The notes: a model not told the origin generated them from the letters alone. Positions 11,834-24,050 are shown, counted from the stretch's first letter. The stretch: DNA of 64,000 bases from an uncultured Rhizobium sp. (GCA_964511505.1 CAZEFQ010000168.1:6553-70552), one strand, 5' to 3'. Numbers and translations are program-made.

Positions 11834-13122
11834 GTCGGGTTTTCCAAACTGAACATCGCGGCGTCGTCGTCATACGAGAACAGCTCGCCGAAACGGGCCC
11901 AGGAAACGATGGTTTTCAGCGTCTCTTCGGCCGCGTCCTCGGCCATATAGTCTTCCAATTCGTCAAGAAAGCGCGTCTTGGGCGCGGAATGGCTGGTGCG
12001 TTCGTCCAGTACCCGTTTTATGTGGGCGGCCAGCGGCACCTGGCCGATCAGGGCACGGGCGAAAATCTCCTTGCGCTCGTTCAGTTCGCTGTCGGCAAAA
12101 CGCTTGCCCATATGGGTGAGCTTGATGTCGCCGCCCTCGACATCGGCCAGGCGCAAAAGCTGCATGGCTTCCGCCACCGGAAACAACTCGTCCACTTCCA
12201 GTTCCTGCTCATAGGCGATGTCGGGCAGGTCTGCCTTGCCGTCATAGGGGGGCGCGGCCAGGGCTTCGACCAGGCCTGCGATGGTGTTGGGCGAGACATG
12301 GGTGAGCGGCATGGCGATATTGCCCGCGCCCACCACTTGGCGCATGCGCTCCACGCGGCGGGCGGTCATTTCGACATAGATCTGGTCGACATAATCTTCG
12401 AAGGCGATGGAAGTCCGGTCCCGCGGCTGGGGAAGCTTGATGGCGATTTCCGAGGAAACACGGCCCGGATTGGAGGACATCAAGAGTACCCGGTCGCACA
12501 TCAGCACCGCTTCCTCGATATTGTGGGTGACCAGGATGATGCCCTTGATCGGCAGCTTGCGGTTGCCCCAAAGCTCGATCAGGTCGGTGCGCAGATTTTC
12601 CGCCGTCAGCACGTCCAGCGCGCTGAAAGGCTCATCCATGAGAAGAATGTTGGGATGCACCACCACCGCGCGGGCAAAACCGACACGCTGGCGCATGCCG
12701 CCGGATAGCTCGCGGGGGTAGGCGCTCTCATAGCCGTCCAGTCCGATCAGGTCGATGGCGGCCAGCGCGCGGGCGCGGGTTTCCGCCGGCGGCAGGCCCA
12801 GCGCCTCCAGCCCCAGTTCCACATTTTCCAATACGGTCAGCCAGGGAAAGAGGGCGAAGCTCTGGAACACCATCGCCACGCCTTGGGCCGGGCCTTCGAT
12901 GGGCATACCCATATAGGTAAGCTGTCCGCCCTGCGGCCGCGCCAGTCCCGCGATCAGCCGCAGCAAGGTGGACTTTCCCGAGCCGGAGCGGCCGAGCAGG
13001 CCGACGATCTCGCCTTCCTTGAGGCTGAGATTGACGTCGTCCAGCACCAGCAATTCCTCGCCGCCGCCACGCGGGAAGGTGCGGCGGACATGAGCGACTT
13101 CCAGAAGATTTGTTCCTGCCAT
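11830..13122 (-). CDS. NitT/TauT-family ABC ATPase with C-terminal extension
   Basis: GRSGSGKST, LSGGMRQR, LLMDEPF. Confidence 0.92.
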   Translation of the reverse strand: MAGTNLLEVAHVRRTFPRGGGEELLVLDDVNLSLKEGEIVGLLGRSGSGKSTLLRLIAGLARPQGGQLTYMGMPIEGPAQGVAMVFQSFALFPWLTVLENVELGLEALGLPPAETRARALAAIDLIGLDGYESAYPRELSGGMRQRVGFARAVVVHPNILLMDEPFSALDVLTAENLRTDLIELWGNRKLPIKGIILVTHNIEEAVLMCDRVLLMSSNPGRVSSEIAIKLPQPRDRTSIAFEDYVDQIYVEMTARRVERMRQVVGAGNIAMPLTHVSPNTIAGLVEALAAPPYDGKADLPDIAYEQELEVDELFPVAEAMQLLRLADVEGGDIKLTHMGKRFADSELNERKEIFARALIGQVPLAAHIKRVLDERTSHSAPKTRFLDELEDYMAEDAAEETLKTIVSWARFGELFSYDDDAAMFSLENPT

Positions 13123-13130
13123 GATCTAAC

Positions 13131-14855
13131 TCATGTTAGGCGGTATTTGCGTTCCGCCAGCCAGTATAGCGGCCGCCACACCAGGCGGTTTACCACCACG
13201 ACAAAAAAACTCATCACGGCGGTGCCCAGGACCACCCGGCGGTAATCGCCCGCCAGAACGGCGGTGGCGATATAGGCGCCCAGGCCATGGGCCCTGAGCG
13301 TCACCGTTCCCCAACTCGCCACTTCCGCCACGATGGAGGCGTTCCAGGAACCGCCGGAGGCGGTGATGGCACCGGTGACGTAATAGGGAAACACCGAGGG
13401 CAGCGCCACCTTGCGCCACCAAAGCCAGCCCTTGAGCCCGAAATTGTCGGCTGCGTCGCGCAATTCCCTCGGCATGGTGCTCGCGCCGGCAATCACATTG
13501 AACAGGATGTACCATTGTGTCCCCAGCACCATCAGCGGCGAGAGCCAGATATCGGGATTGAGACTCCAATAGGCGATCAGCGACACCACCAAGGGAAACA
13601 GAAGATTGTTCGGGAAGGCGGCGAGAAATTGCGCCACCGGCTGCACGATCTGGGTAAGCCCGGGCCGCAACCCCACATAGATGCCGATCGGCGTCCATAC
13701 GAGGCTGGCCAGTCCGATCAGAACCAGGACGCGCAGCATGGTGATGAATCCGAGGCCGAAAGCCTGGAAAAAATCGCTCCAGTTGAGATTGGCATGGGCG
13801 AAGGCCCAGATGCGGAAGAAGGCGAAGGCGCCAAGAGCAGTAAGGATCGCATACCAGATGATGTCGGCGGTGCGGCTGTCCACCTCCCGCACGGCGGCGC
13901 GCACGCCGAAAGAGGGCGGCTGCCAGTGATAGCTCCAGCGCATCATCTGCTCGAAAGGCGCGGTCATCAGATCGAGCAGGCGGGAGCGCCGGTACATGGT
14001 GAGCGCCCAGTTCTCCGGCATCTCCTCGGCCTGTTCGTTGTCGGCGCGGAACCGGTCGGCCCAGGCCACCAGCGGCCGGAACATCAACTGGTCATAGATC
14101 AGAATCACCACCAGCATGGCCAGGATGGCGTAAAGAATGGCGGAAAGATTCTTCTCCGCGATGGCGACCGCGATGTAGGATCCGATGCCGGGGAGCGCGA
14201 TATTGGTCTTGCCCACGCTGATGGCTTCCGAGACGGTCACGAAGAACCAGCCGCCCGACATGGACATCATCATGTTCCAGATCAGGGCGGGCGTGCCGAA
14301 TGGTGCTTCGATGCGCCAGAAACGCGCCCAGGCGGAAAGTCCGAACATGCGCCCAGCCTCGGTCAATTCCTCCGGCACGGTGCGCAGCGACTGGTAGAAG
14401 GAAAAGGCCATGTTCCAGGCCTGGCTGGTGAAGATGGCGAAGACGCAGGCCAATTCCGCTCCAAAAACCCGCCCCGGCGACAAGGACAGGAACCAGACCA
14501 CCGTCACCGACAGGAAGGACAGGATCGGCACCGATTGCAGGATATCGAGCAGGGGCACCAGCAACGTGCCCGCACGCGGGCTTTTGGCCGCCCAGCTCGC
14601 ATAGGTGAAGGTGAAGACCAGCGAAACGCCCAAGGCGATCAGCATGCGCAACGCGGTGCGCAGCGCATAGCCGGGAAGCAAGGCCGGTGAGAGGCTCAAC
14701 TCATGGCTGGTGATGGTGGAAAGAGGCTGCACCAGTGTGAGGCTGGTGTCGGCGAACAGGATGATGAATCCCAGCACCAAGGCCGCCGCCAAGAGGTCCC
14801 AGCGGCTGGGCAGCAGGCGGCGCGCTTCGATCGAGACGGGAGGCAGGATCTTCAT
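13131..14855 (-). CDS. NitT/TauT-family ABC permease, duplicated TM domain
   Basis: Two permease modules (LDILQSVP..EAGRMFG; QFLAAFP..DAADNFG). Confidence 0.9.
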   Translation of the reverse strand: MKILPPVSIEARRLLPSRWDLLAAALVLGFIILFADTSLTLVQPLSTITSHELSLSPALLPGYALRTALRMLIALGVSLVFTFTYASWAAKSPRAGTLLVPLLDILQSVPILSFLSVTVVWFLSLSPGRVFGAELACVFAIFTSQAWNMAFSFYQSLRTVPEELTEAGRMFGLSAWARFWRIEAPFGTPALIWNMMMSMSGGWFFVTVSEAISVGKTNIALPGIGSYIAVAIAEKNLSAILYAILAMLVVILIYDQLMFRPLVAWADRFRADNEQAEEMPENWALTMYRRSRLLDLMTAPFEQMMRWSYHWQPPSFGVRAAVREVDSRTADIIWYAILTALGAFAFFRIWAFAHANLNWSDFFQAFGLGFITMLRVLVLIGLASLVWTPIGIYVGLRPGLTQIVQPVAQFLAAFPNNLLFPLVVSLIAYWSLNPDIWLSPLMVLGTQWYILFNVIAGASTMPRELRDAADNFGLKGWLWWRKVALPSVFPYYVTGAITASGGSWNASIVAEVASWGTVTLRAHGLGAYIATAVLAGDYRRVVLGTAVMSFFVVVVNRLVWRPLYWLAERKYRLT

Positions 14856-15299
14856 ATCCGGCTTGCCTCGAAGAGGTTGAAAACAAGGCTCTGGATTGTT
14901 CAGCGCCCCGATAGGCGGGATCGCGTTCCGAGGCAACCCATTTTGCGCGGGGGATCGCCTGGACCGGATCGCCGCTGTCAAGCGCCGTGCTCGGCAACTG
15001 GATAAATATACACTAAAATATATGTTATTGCAGCAAGGTGCGTGAAAGTCCTTATACAAATCAAGAGTTTCTCTATTGCACGGTTAAGCACAATCAGCGT
15101 AAAACCGCGAAACGACGGGAAAAACGGTGATTTTACCGCCGCTTAGACCTTTCGTGGCATATTTGCAGTTGGCAACCGAAAAGCTCGGCGGGCGGAACGG
15201 CGACAGGTTTTATGACGATAGGCGTGCACATTGTGATTGCATCAGGCGGTTTTGCCGCCTGTGGTCACGCGCGCCCTTTTTATGAGCCCCGTCCTTCCC

Positions 15300-15408
15300 T
15301 CGGTTCTTCGCAAGCGCTGCTTCTTCTTAGCTGCCCCTAGCCCGGTGACGCGTGAGGTTTCGTCTCGCGTGTCCGGTGGTTGGGGGATGAAAGCGAAAGA
15401 GGAACCGA
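15300..15408 (+). promoter_or_regulatory. leuA leader with four tandem Leu codons and alternative hairpins
   Basis: CTG CTT CTT CTT AGC TGC CCC TAG (15317-15340); long hairpin about 15334-15386. Confidence 0.6.
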
Positions 15409-15444
15409 AGCGCATGATCCGCGACGAACAGAAGGACTTTTGTC

Positions 15445-17013
15445 ATGACGACGACAGCTAACGGCAACACCGGCACACAAATACAGATTTTCGACACCAC
15501 CCTGCGCGACGGCGAGCAATCGCCCGGCGCGGCGATGACGCACGAGGAAAAGCTCCAGATCGCCGAACTGCTGGACGAAATGGGCGTGGACATCATCGAG
15601 GCGGGCTTTCCCATTTCCTCGCCCGGCGATTTCAAGGCGGTGAGCGAGATCGCCAGGATCGTCAAGCGCGCCACCGTGTGCGGATTGGCGCGGGCCGGCT
15701 TCAAGGATATCGACCGGGCAGGCGAAGCACTCAAGGGCGCGCGCCGGCCGCGCATCCATACCTTCATCTCCACCAGTCCCGTCCATATGAAGCACAAGCT
15801 CAATATGGGCGAAAATGCGGTGTTGGAAGCGATCGGCGCTTCGGTGACGCGGGCCCGCAATTTCACCTCCGATGTGGAATGGAGCGCGGAAGATGCCACC
15901 CGCACTGTGCCCGATTTCCTCTGCAAATGCGTGGAGGTCGCCATCCATTCGGGCGCCAGCGTGATCAATGTGCCCGATACGGTGGGTTATTCCACGCCGC
16001 AGGAATATTTCCAGATCATCACCATGCTGCGCGAGCGCGTGCCCAATGCCGACAAGGTGATCTTCTCCACTCATGTCCATAACGATCTGGGCCTGGCGGT
16101 CGCCAATTCGCTGGCGGGCGTGCTGGCGGGCGCGCGCCAGGTGGAATGCACCATCAACGGAATCGGCGAACGCGCCGGCAACGCCGCGCTGGAAGAGATC
16201 GTGATGGCGTTGAAGGTCAGGAAGGACATCATGCCCTTCACCACCAACATCAACACCACCATGCTCTCGCGCGCCTCCAAGCTGGTCTCGGGCGTCACCG
16301 GCTTTCCGGTGCAATACAACAAGGCGATCGTGGGCAAGAACGCCTTCAGCCACGAAAGCGGCATCCACCAGGACGGCATGCTCAAGCATGTCGAGACCTA
16401 CGAGATCATGCGGCCGGAAGATGTCGGCGTGCATGCCACCAGCCTGATGCTGGGCAAGCTCTCCGGCCGGCATGCCTTTCGCGACAAGCTGGAAGCCCTG
16501 GGTTATGTGTTGGACGACGCGGCTTTCGAAGACGCCTTCAAGCGCTTCAAGGATCTGGCCGACAAGAAGAAGCATGTCTTCGACGAAGACATCATCGCTC
16601 TGGTCGATGACGAGATCATGCGGGGGTCCGACACGATCAGCGTCAAGCAGCTGCGGGTCGAAAGCGGCACCGGCATCCAGCCGGTGGCGGCCTTGACCTT
16701 GGTGGTGGGGGGCGAGGAGCGGCGGGTGACGGCCGAAGGCTCGGGACCAGTGGACGCCATTTTCAATGCCATCCGGGCGCTCTACCCCCATACCGCGACA
16801 TTGCAGCTGTTCCAGATCAACGCCGTGACCGAGGGGACCGATGCCCAGGCCAGCGTCAATGTGAGGCTGGAGGAAAATGGCCGCACCGTCACCGGCAAGG
16901 CCTCGGACACCGACACCATGGCGGCGGCGGCTTACGCGTATGTCAATGCGTTAAACAAGCTTCTGGTAAAACGCGAGAAGCAGGCGCCGGAGGCATTGAC
17001 GGTCGCCCGATGA
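15445..17013 (+). CDS. leuA: 2-isopropylmalate synthase
   Basis: [34 protein letters not shown]-terminal regulatory domain. Confidence 0.97.
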   Translation: MTTTANGNTGTQIQIFDTTLRDGEQSPGAAMTHEEKLQIAELLDEMGVDIIEAGFPISSPGDFKAVSEIARIVKRATVCGLARAGFKDIDRAGEALKGARRPRIHTFISTSPVHMKHKLNMGENAVLEAIGASVTRARNFTSDVEWSAEDATRTVPDFLCKCVEVAIHSGASVINVPDTVGYSTPQEYFQIITMLRERVPNADKVIFSTHVHNDLGLAVANSLAGVLAGARQVECTINGIGERAGNAALEEIVMALKVRKDIMPFTTNINTTMLSRASKLVSGVTGFPVQYNKAIVGKNAFSHESGIHQDGMLKHVETYEIMRPEDVGVHATSLMLGKLSGRHAFRDKLEALGYVLDDAAFEDAFKRFKDLADKKKHVFDEDIIALVDDEIMRGSDTISVKQLRVESGTGIQPVAALTLVVGGEERRVTAEGSGPVDAIFNAIRALYPHTATLQLFQINAVTEGTDAQASVNVRLEENGRTVTGKASDTDTMAAAAYAYVNALNKLLVKREKQAPEALTVAR

Positions 17014-17086
17014 ATAAACCCATGGTTTCGGTCCCATAGGCCGGGGCCGTCTTTAAGGAGCTGATTTTGCTGTATTTTTCAACTAA

Positions 17087-18157
<1,071 letters not shown>

Positions 18158-18169
18158 CGCGGAAGATCG

Positions 18170-19213
18170 ATGGCCGGTAACAGCTGGAAAATCGCCCGCC
18201 GCAGCAACACCCAGCTTCCGCTGGTGATCGTGCTGGCGCTGTCGATGGCCCTGGTGTTGTTGGGCCGGGCCCAGGCAGGCCTGTTCGATCATGCCAGGAC
18301 GCGCCTCACCGATTGGCTGTCGCCGGTGCTGGTGACGGTTCATGCGCCGGCCCAGCTTTTCAACCGCTTTGTCGGTTCGATCGACGAACTGTTCGTGGTC
18401 TATCGGGAAAACCTGGCGCTCAAGGAAGAGAATGCGCGGCTCCAGCAATGGCGCAATGTCGCGGTGGTTATGCAGGGCCGGGTGAAACACTACCAGGAAA
18501 TGCTGCACGCGGTTCCCGATCCCGCCGTCGATTCGGTGCTGGCGCGGGTGATCGGTCGCGCCAACCGGCCCTTCCTTCAGACCATGATCCTGGATGCCGG
18601 CGAACGCAGCCATGTCAAGCCCGGCGAGGCGGTGGTGGATGCGCGCGGCATGCTGGGACGCATCTATCTCAGCGGCGATCATACCAGCTGGGTGATCCTG
18701 CTCACCGATTTGAACAGCCGCATTCCCGTCACCATCGCGAGCGCTGACGGCAAGCCGGCTGCGCTGCAGGCCATCATGACCGGCGACAACAGCGCCCAGC
18801 CGCTGCTCGATACCCTGTCCCAAACCGTGACCCTGCGTCCGGGCGACCAGGTCATTTCCTCCGGTGATGGCGGGCTTCTGCCGCCCGGCCTCCCCGTCGG
18901 CACGGTGGTGGGCCGGCCGGGCGCGTATCGCGTCGCGCTTCTGGCCGAAGCCGCCTCGAGCGAGGATGTCGAGGTGCTGGCTTTCCGTCATCCGGCCGAA
19001 AGCCCGCCAACTGCCACGGAAACGCAGCTTCCCGCGGTCGCCGCCGGACTGCCTCCGGCGACTGCGCTTCCGGCGACGCCTGCACCCGGTTCTCCGCCGG
19101 CTGTAAAGCCGCCTTTGCCGTCCATGCCCCGCCCGGCTGCCAATATCTCGGCCGCGCTTCCATCGCACCCCATCCAGACCTCCGCCGACCCCGATCAGGA
19201 CAGGGATGACTGA
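18170..19213 (+). CDS. mreC: Rod shape protein MreC with Pro/Ala-rich tail
   Basis: TM plus coiled coil, LLTDLNSRIPV, SGDGGLLPPGLPVG; operon position. Confidence 0.93.
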   Translation: MAGNSWKIARRSNTQLPLVIVLALSMALVLLGRAQAGLFDHARTRLTDWLSPVLVTVHAPAQLFNRFVGSIDELFVVYRENLALKEENARLQQWRNVAVVMQGRVKHYQEMLHAVPDPAVDSVLARVIGRANRPFLQTMILDAGERSHVKPGEAVVDARGMLGRIYLSGDHTSWVILLTDLNSRIPVTIASADGKPAALQAIMTGDNSAQPLLDTLSQTVTLRPGDQVISSGDGGLLPPGLPVGTVVGRPGAYRVALLAEAASSEDVEVLAFRHPAESPPTATETQLPAVAAGLPPATALPATPAPGSPPAVKPPLPSMPRPAANISAALPSHPIQTSADPDQDRDD

Positions 19214-19216
19214 GCC

Positions 19217-19750
19217 ATGGCCGCCCAGGAACGCGCGAGGCTGGTGATGGGTGCAAAGTTCCTCTCAGCCCTATTGCCGGTGTTGTGCGGTTTTTTGGCC
19301 GTGGTTCTGTCCAACCTTCCCGTCAGCCTGTTCGGCAGCGCCGTGCCGCCGCCGCTCCTGGGCTTCATCCCGGTCTATTTTTGGTGCCTGGTGCGTCCCG
19401 ACCTGATGACCCCGGCCGCCACCTTTGCCATCGGCATCGTGCAGGATGTGATGTCGGGCGGCCCTCCCGGCATCTGGACGCTGAGTTTTGTCGTGGCCTA
19501 TGCCGTGATCCAGCGCCAGCGAGAAGCTTTCGCCGGCCTGGCGGGCGTGGCGGCGGTGGTGGGTTTTGCCGCCGCCATGCTGGTGGTCTCCACCGTCGCC
19601 TATCTGATCAACGCGGTTCTTTACCATGTCCCGCCGTTGGGACCGGTGGTGGCGGAACTGGCGATCACGGTGTTGTTTTATATTCCCGGCGCGTACCTGG
19701 TGAGTGCCATCCATCACCGCCTGGTCGGCCCGCTGAGAAGTGATTTCTGA
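19217..19750 (+). CDS. mreD: Rod shape protein MreD
   Basis: Hydrophobic, YFW..RPD, GIVQD; operon position. Confidence 0.88.
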   Translation: MAAQERARLVMGAKFLSALLPVLCGFLAVVLSNLPVSLFGSAVPPPLLGFIPVYFWCLVRPDLMTPAATFAIGIVQDVMSGGPPGIWTLSFVVAYAVIQRQREAFAGLAGVAAVVGFAAAMLVVSTVAYLINAVLYHVPPLGPVVAELAITVLFYIPGAYLVSAIHHRLVGPLRSDF

Positions 19751-21648
19751 TGCCGCTGTTCGATAAAAAGGACAAAAGCCGCTACGCCACCTTCACCCGG
19801 CGCAGCCTTGGCATGGGCGGCGGCATGGCCCTGGTGTTCGCCATCCTGGGCGGACGGCTTTATCAACTCCAAATCAAGGACGGCGCGGAATACAAGGAAG
19901 AGGCCGAGGACAACCGTGTTTCCCAGCGCCTGATCGCGCCGCCGCGGGGCCGCATCCTGGACCGCTTTGGTGTCGAGCTCGCCAACAACCGCCGCAATTA
20001 CCGGGTCCTCCTGGTGGCGGAACAGGCGAGCGAAGGGGTGGAGACGGCCCTCGACACCATCTCCAAGGTGATCCAGATCAGCGACGCGCAGAAGAAGCGC
20101 ATCGCCCAGACCATCGCCGAGAACAAGAAATTCGTGCCCGTGCCGGTGGCGGAAAACCTCAGCTGGGAACAATTTTCGCGCATCAACATGCACCTGCCCT
20201 ATCTGCCGGGCGTGCAGCCCGATGTGGGCGAGACCCGCGACTATCCTTTCGGCGATGCGATGGTGCATGTGCTGGGTTATGTCGCTTCGGTGTCGCCGGA
20301 AGACATGAAAGGCGATGAGGACCCGCTTCTTTCGCAGCCCGGTTTCCGCATCGGCAAGCGCGGCATCGAAAAGACCTTCGACCGCGATGTGCGCGGCGAA
20401 GCAGGTGCCTCGCGCGTCGAGGTGAATGCCTATGGAAGGGTGATACGCGAACTCGGGCATGAGGATGGCGTGGCCGGCAAGGATGTCTGGCTCACCATCG
20501 ATGCCGAGCTCCAGAAATACACCACCCAGTGCCTGGCGGCCGAAAGCGCCGCCTGCGTGGTGATGGATGTGAACAATGGCGATGTGCTGGCACTTGCCGC
20601 CACGCCCGGTTACGACCCCAACTGGTTCAACAACGGCGTCACCGACACGCAATGGCGCCAGCTCACCACCGCCGACTACAAGCCGCTCCTGAACAAGGCC
20701 ATCGGCGGCACCTATCCGCCCGGCTCCACCTTTAAGACCGCGATGGCGCTGGCGGCGGTGGACAATGGAATGGACGATCTCGTCGTCGATTGCAGGGGCT
20801 CGATCCGGCTAGGCGATCATATTTTCTATTGTGATGCCTGGAGAATTGGTGGCCACGGCAATTGCACCCTGCAGCGTGGCATTCAGGTCTCATGCGACGT
20901 CTACTTCTACGAAGTGGCGAAGCGGCTGGGCATCGACAAGATGGCAGATGCGGCCCATGCGCTGGGACTTGGCGCGCCAACTGGCATCGAGCTGCCCGGA
21001 GAGTTGGGAGGGCTCATCCCGACCCGGGCCTGGAAGATGGCGCGGTTCGGCGTTGCCTGGCAACAGGGCGAGACCCTGGTAAACGGCATCGGTCAGGGCT
21101 ATGTGCTCGCCACGCCGGTCCAGCTCTGCATGCTTGCCGCGCGGCTCGCGTCCGGCAGGGCGGTTTCACCGCGGCTGACCCATCAGGTCGGGCCCATGCT
21201 TCAGCCACGCCCGCAGCCCCCGCCGCTGCCCTTCTCGGACAAAGCATTCTCCATGGTGCGCCAGGGCATGGGCATGGCCGTCAACGCGCCAGGCGGCACC
21301 GCCTATGGCTCGCGGATCCTGCAAACCGGCTTTGAGATGGCCGGCAAGACCGGCACCGCCCAAGTACGGCGCATCACCAGCGAAGAACGCCATGGCGGGT
21401 TGACGCCGCAGAGCCAGCTGCCCTGGGCCTATCGCGAGCATGCGCTGTTCATTGCTTTCGCTCCGGTCGAACAGCCGCGTTATGCCGCTTCGGTTGTTCT
21501 TGAGCATGGCGGCAACGCAAAGACCGAGCCACAGGTGAAGTTCGCGCGCGATATCCTCACTTTCGCCCAGACGCGCGACATTTTGGGCAAGCCCACCGCC
21601 TATCCGGTCAGGTCGGCCGAAAGCGGCAATCCGGTGAGGGGCGGCTGA
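19750..21648 (+). CDS. mrdA: Penicillin-binding protein 2
   Basis: STFK, SCD, KTGT motifs; PPRGRILDR. Confidence 0.95.
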   Translation: MPLFDKKDKSRYATFTRRSLGMGGGMALVFAILGGRLYQLQIKDGAEYKEEAEDNRVSQRLIAPPRGRILDRFGVELANNRRNYRVLLVAEQASEGVETALDTISKVIQISDAQKKRIAQTIAENKKFVPVPVAENLSWEQFSRINMHLPYLPGVQPDVGETRDYPFGDAMVHVLGYVASVSPEDMKGDEDPLLSQPGFRIGKRGIEKTFDRDVRGEAGASRVEVNAYGRVIRELGHEDGVAGKDVWLTIDAELQKYTTQCLAAESAACVVMDVNNGDVLALAATPGYDPNWFNNGVTDTQWRQLTTADYKPLLNKAIGGTYPPGSTFKTAMALAAVDNGMDDLVVDCRGSIRLGDHIFYCDAWRIGGHGNCTLQRGIQVSCDVYFYEVAKRLGIDKMADAAHALGLGAPTGIELPGELGGLIPTRAWKMARFGVAWQQGETLVNGIGQGYVLATPVQLCMLAARLASGRAVSPRLTHQVGPMLQPRPQPPPLPFSDKAFSMVRQGMGMAVNAPGGTAYGSRILQTGFEMAGKTGTAQVRRITSEERHGGLTPQSQLPWAYREHALFIAFAPVEQPRYAASVVLEHGGNAKTEPQVKFARDILTFAQTRDILGKPTAYPVRSAESGNPVRGG

Positions 21649-22802
21649 TGGCAATGCGTGCCTATGCAGCGGCCAAGCGCACGCTCTCCGTCGCCGACAA
21701 GCTGATGGAAGTGAACTGGGGCCTGGTGCTCCTGATCGCCGTGATCGCAACTGCCGGCTTCGCCATGCTCTATTCCGTGGCAAACGGGCATTTCAATCCC
21801 TGGGCGACGCCCCAGATCGTGCGCTTCCTCCTGGGCTGCATCATCCTGGCCGCGGCGGCGGTGATCGATGTGCGCATCTGGATGAGCCTGGCGTATCCGG
21901 CTTACGGGCTGGCGCTTGTCTTGCTGGTGGCCGTGGTGGTGGCGGGCCATGTGGGGCTGGGCGCCCAGCGCTGGATCGCACTGGGACCGCTGGAGCTTCA
22001 GCCATCCGAATTGATGAAGATTTCGCTGGTGCTGGCGCTTGCGCGTTTCCTGCATGGAAAGAGCGTGGAGGAAGTGTCAAAGCCGCTGAACCTCCTGATC
22101 GCGCTGGCCATGATCGGCATTCCCGCCCTGCTGGTGGTGATGGAGCCCAACCTGGGCACCACGCTCATTATTGTGATGGATGGCTGCTCGCTTTTGTTCC
22201 TGGCGGGCCTTTCCTGGTACTGGATTCTGCCCACGGTGACGGCGGTGGGAGCGGCGGTTCCCATGGCCTGGCGTTTTGTGCTGCACGATTATCAGAAGGC
22301 ACGGGTGATGACGTTCCTCGATCCCGAGGCAGACGCCTTGGGCGCGGGCTGGAACATCACCCAGGCCAAGATCGCCATCGGTTCCGGCGGGCTTTCCGGC
22401 AAGGGCTTCCTGCAAGGAACCCAGAGCCGGCTCAACTTCCTGCCGGAGAAGCAGACCGATTTCATCTGGACCAGCCTATGCGAGGAGTTCGGCTTCGCAG
22501 GGGCGATCGCGGTGCTGGTCCTGTTCGCCACGGTGATCTTCTATGGCCTGCAGATCGCCATGAGCGCGCGCAGCCAGTTCAGCCGGCTGCTCGCCATGGG
22601 TATCACCCTCAATTTCTTCTTCTACATCATGGTCAATGGCTTGATGGTGATGGGCTTGATTCCGGTGGTCGGCATCCCCATGCCGCTGCTCTCTTATGGC
22701 GGCACCGCCATGCTGACGGTGATGTTCGGTTTCGGGCTGTTGATGAGTGTGCATGTGCATCGCCAAGTGGAGATTCCCCGCCATTCGGGCGGGATTATTT
22801 GA
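21648..22802 (+). CDS. rodA: SEDS glycosyltransferase RodA
   Basis: GAQRWI, QPSELMK, LPEKQTDF, PLLSYGG. Confidence 0.95.
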   Translation: MAMRAYAAAKRTLSVADKLMEVNWGLVLLIAVIATAGFAMLYSVANGHFNPWATPQIVRFLLGCIILAAAAVIDVRIWMSLAYPAYGLALVLLVAVVVAGHVGLGAQRWIALGPLELQPSELMKISLVLALARFLHGKSVEEVSKPLNLLIALAMIGIPALLVVMEPNLGTTLIIVMDGCSLLFLAGLSWYWILPTVTAVGAAVPMAWRFVLHDYQKARVMTFLDPEADALGAGWNITQAKIAIGSGGLSGKGFLQGTQSRLNFLPEKQTDFIWTSLCEEFGFAGAIAVLVLFATVIFYGLQIAMSARSQFSRLLAMGITLNFFFYIMVNGLMVMGLIPVVGIPMPLLSYGGTAMLTVMFGFGLLMSVHVHRQVEIPRHSGGII

Positions 22803-22894
22803 TATCCACAGCCTTCCTCACCACACCTTTGCTTTCCCCGTCCCAGGCGCTATAAGCCCCCTCCCGAAGCGCGGCAACACGCGTGGCTTGGTGC

Positions 22895-22970
<76 letters not shown>

Positions 22971-23034
22971 TCCAGCCCTAAGGCGGCGGACACGGCGAAA
23001 GTCTCCATCTCCGCCCGTTTGTCCTGGGACCAGC

Positions 23035-23178
23035 TTAGCGATTGAGTCTCCCAGGCCTCGGCCTGCTGCAGTATGTACGGCTCGACTTCGTCGATGCGGC
23101 AGCGGTCAACGGGGCCGACCAACCTCTGGAAAGCACTTGATCACCGCGGGAAACGCAACTGCCGGTGCAGCCGTTTGA
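23035..23178 (-). pseudogene. Degenerate 3' fragment of the gene at 27203-27574
   Basis: Shares cggcagcggtcaacggggccgacca and tctggaaagcac(t/c)tgatcaccgcgggaaac with 27203-27355; indels break the frame; no 5' part. Confidence 0.8.
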
Positions 23179-23272
23179 TAGTGGTTCTCCTCGGAAAAAA
23201 CGCCGCGCTGTCTTTGATTTCGCCCAAATCGCCCATTACCGCGATATTTTGAGGCACAAATCGGTTGTGTGT

Positions 23273-23286
23273 TTGATTCCGCTCAA
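23273..23286. promoter_or_regulatory. FNR/FixK-type box upstream of exoD
   Basis: TTGAT-TCCG-CTCAA. Confidence 0.6.
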
Positions 23287-23320
23287 TTGTCGTCACTGAT
23301 TTTTTGAGCACCGTGTCGCT

Positions 23321-23974
23321 GTGAAAATTGATCTGGCCACGGTTGATTCAATGAAGACATGCGAACCGATGGTGGGTTTTCCCAAGCCCCATTCCCTAGG
23401 TGAACTCATTTTGTCGCTGGAAGCGTTGTGTGCTCGCAACCACGGCACCGAAGTGTCCGTCGAGGATGTCGTCAACCTTTTGGGACCGCGGTCTTTCGCG
23501 CCGATTATCCTAGCTGTCGGCTTAATCGCAATCACGCCCATTGATAGCGTTCCAACGCTGCCGACAACTTTCGGAGCCATCGTGTTTCTTACTGCGTGCC
23601 AAATGCTGCTCGGACGGCAATCGCTTTGGCTGCCGCGGGTGATAGCAAGGCGTGCGGTACCCGCTGACCGCTTGAAGAAAGCGCTTAAATGGCTCGAGCC
23701 ATATGGAAGAAAGGCTGATAATTGGCTGGGCACGAGGCTCACCGCTTTCACCGATGGACCATTTCTGACTGTTATTGCGTTATCCTGTGCGCTCTTGGCG
23801 CTTACCATGCCGCTTCTGGAGCTGGCACCGCTGGTATCCACGCTGCCTGCGCTTGGTTTCGCTGCATTTGGGGTGTCATTACTCATGCGGGACGGTGTCG
23901 CCGCAATTGCCGGCATCGCTATCACGATTTTCACCTTGGCCATAGTGGCCGAGCTCGCACGACTGCCCTTCTGA
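23321..23974 (+). CDS. exoD: ExoD family membrane protein
   Basis: LGPRSF, LLGRQSLWLP, PLVSTLPA..LLMRDG; start may be GTG 23321 or later. Confidence 0.85.
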   Translation: MKIDLATVDSMKTCEPMVGFPKPHSLGELILSLEALCARNHGTEVSVEDVVNLLGPRSFAPIILAVGLIAITPIDSVPTLPTTFGAIVFLTACQMLLGRQSLWLPRVIARRAVPADRLKKALKWLEPYGRKADNWLGTRLTAFTDGPFLTVIALSCALLALTMPLLELAPLVSTLPALGFAAFGVSLLMRDGVAAIAGIAITIFTLAIVAELARLPF

Positions 23975-24050
23975 TGCTCATCCTTTGGGATCTGCGATGA
24001 ATCCTCGCTGAGCCCGTTATTCCTACTCGACTAATACGGTGACTTGGTTC

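Noticed and set aside
23214..23227. Extra FNR-like sites TTGAT-TTCG-CCCAA (23214) and GAGTT-CTGG-ATCAA (49070)
   Set aside because: Only one good half-site each; not counted.
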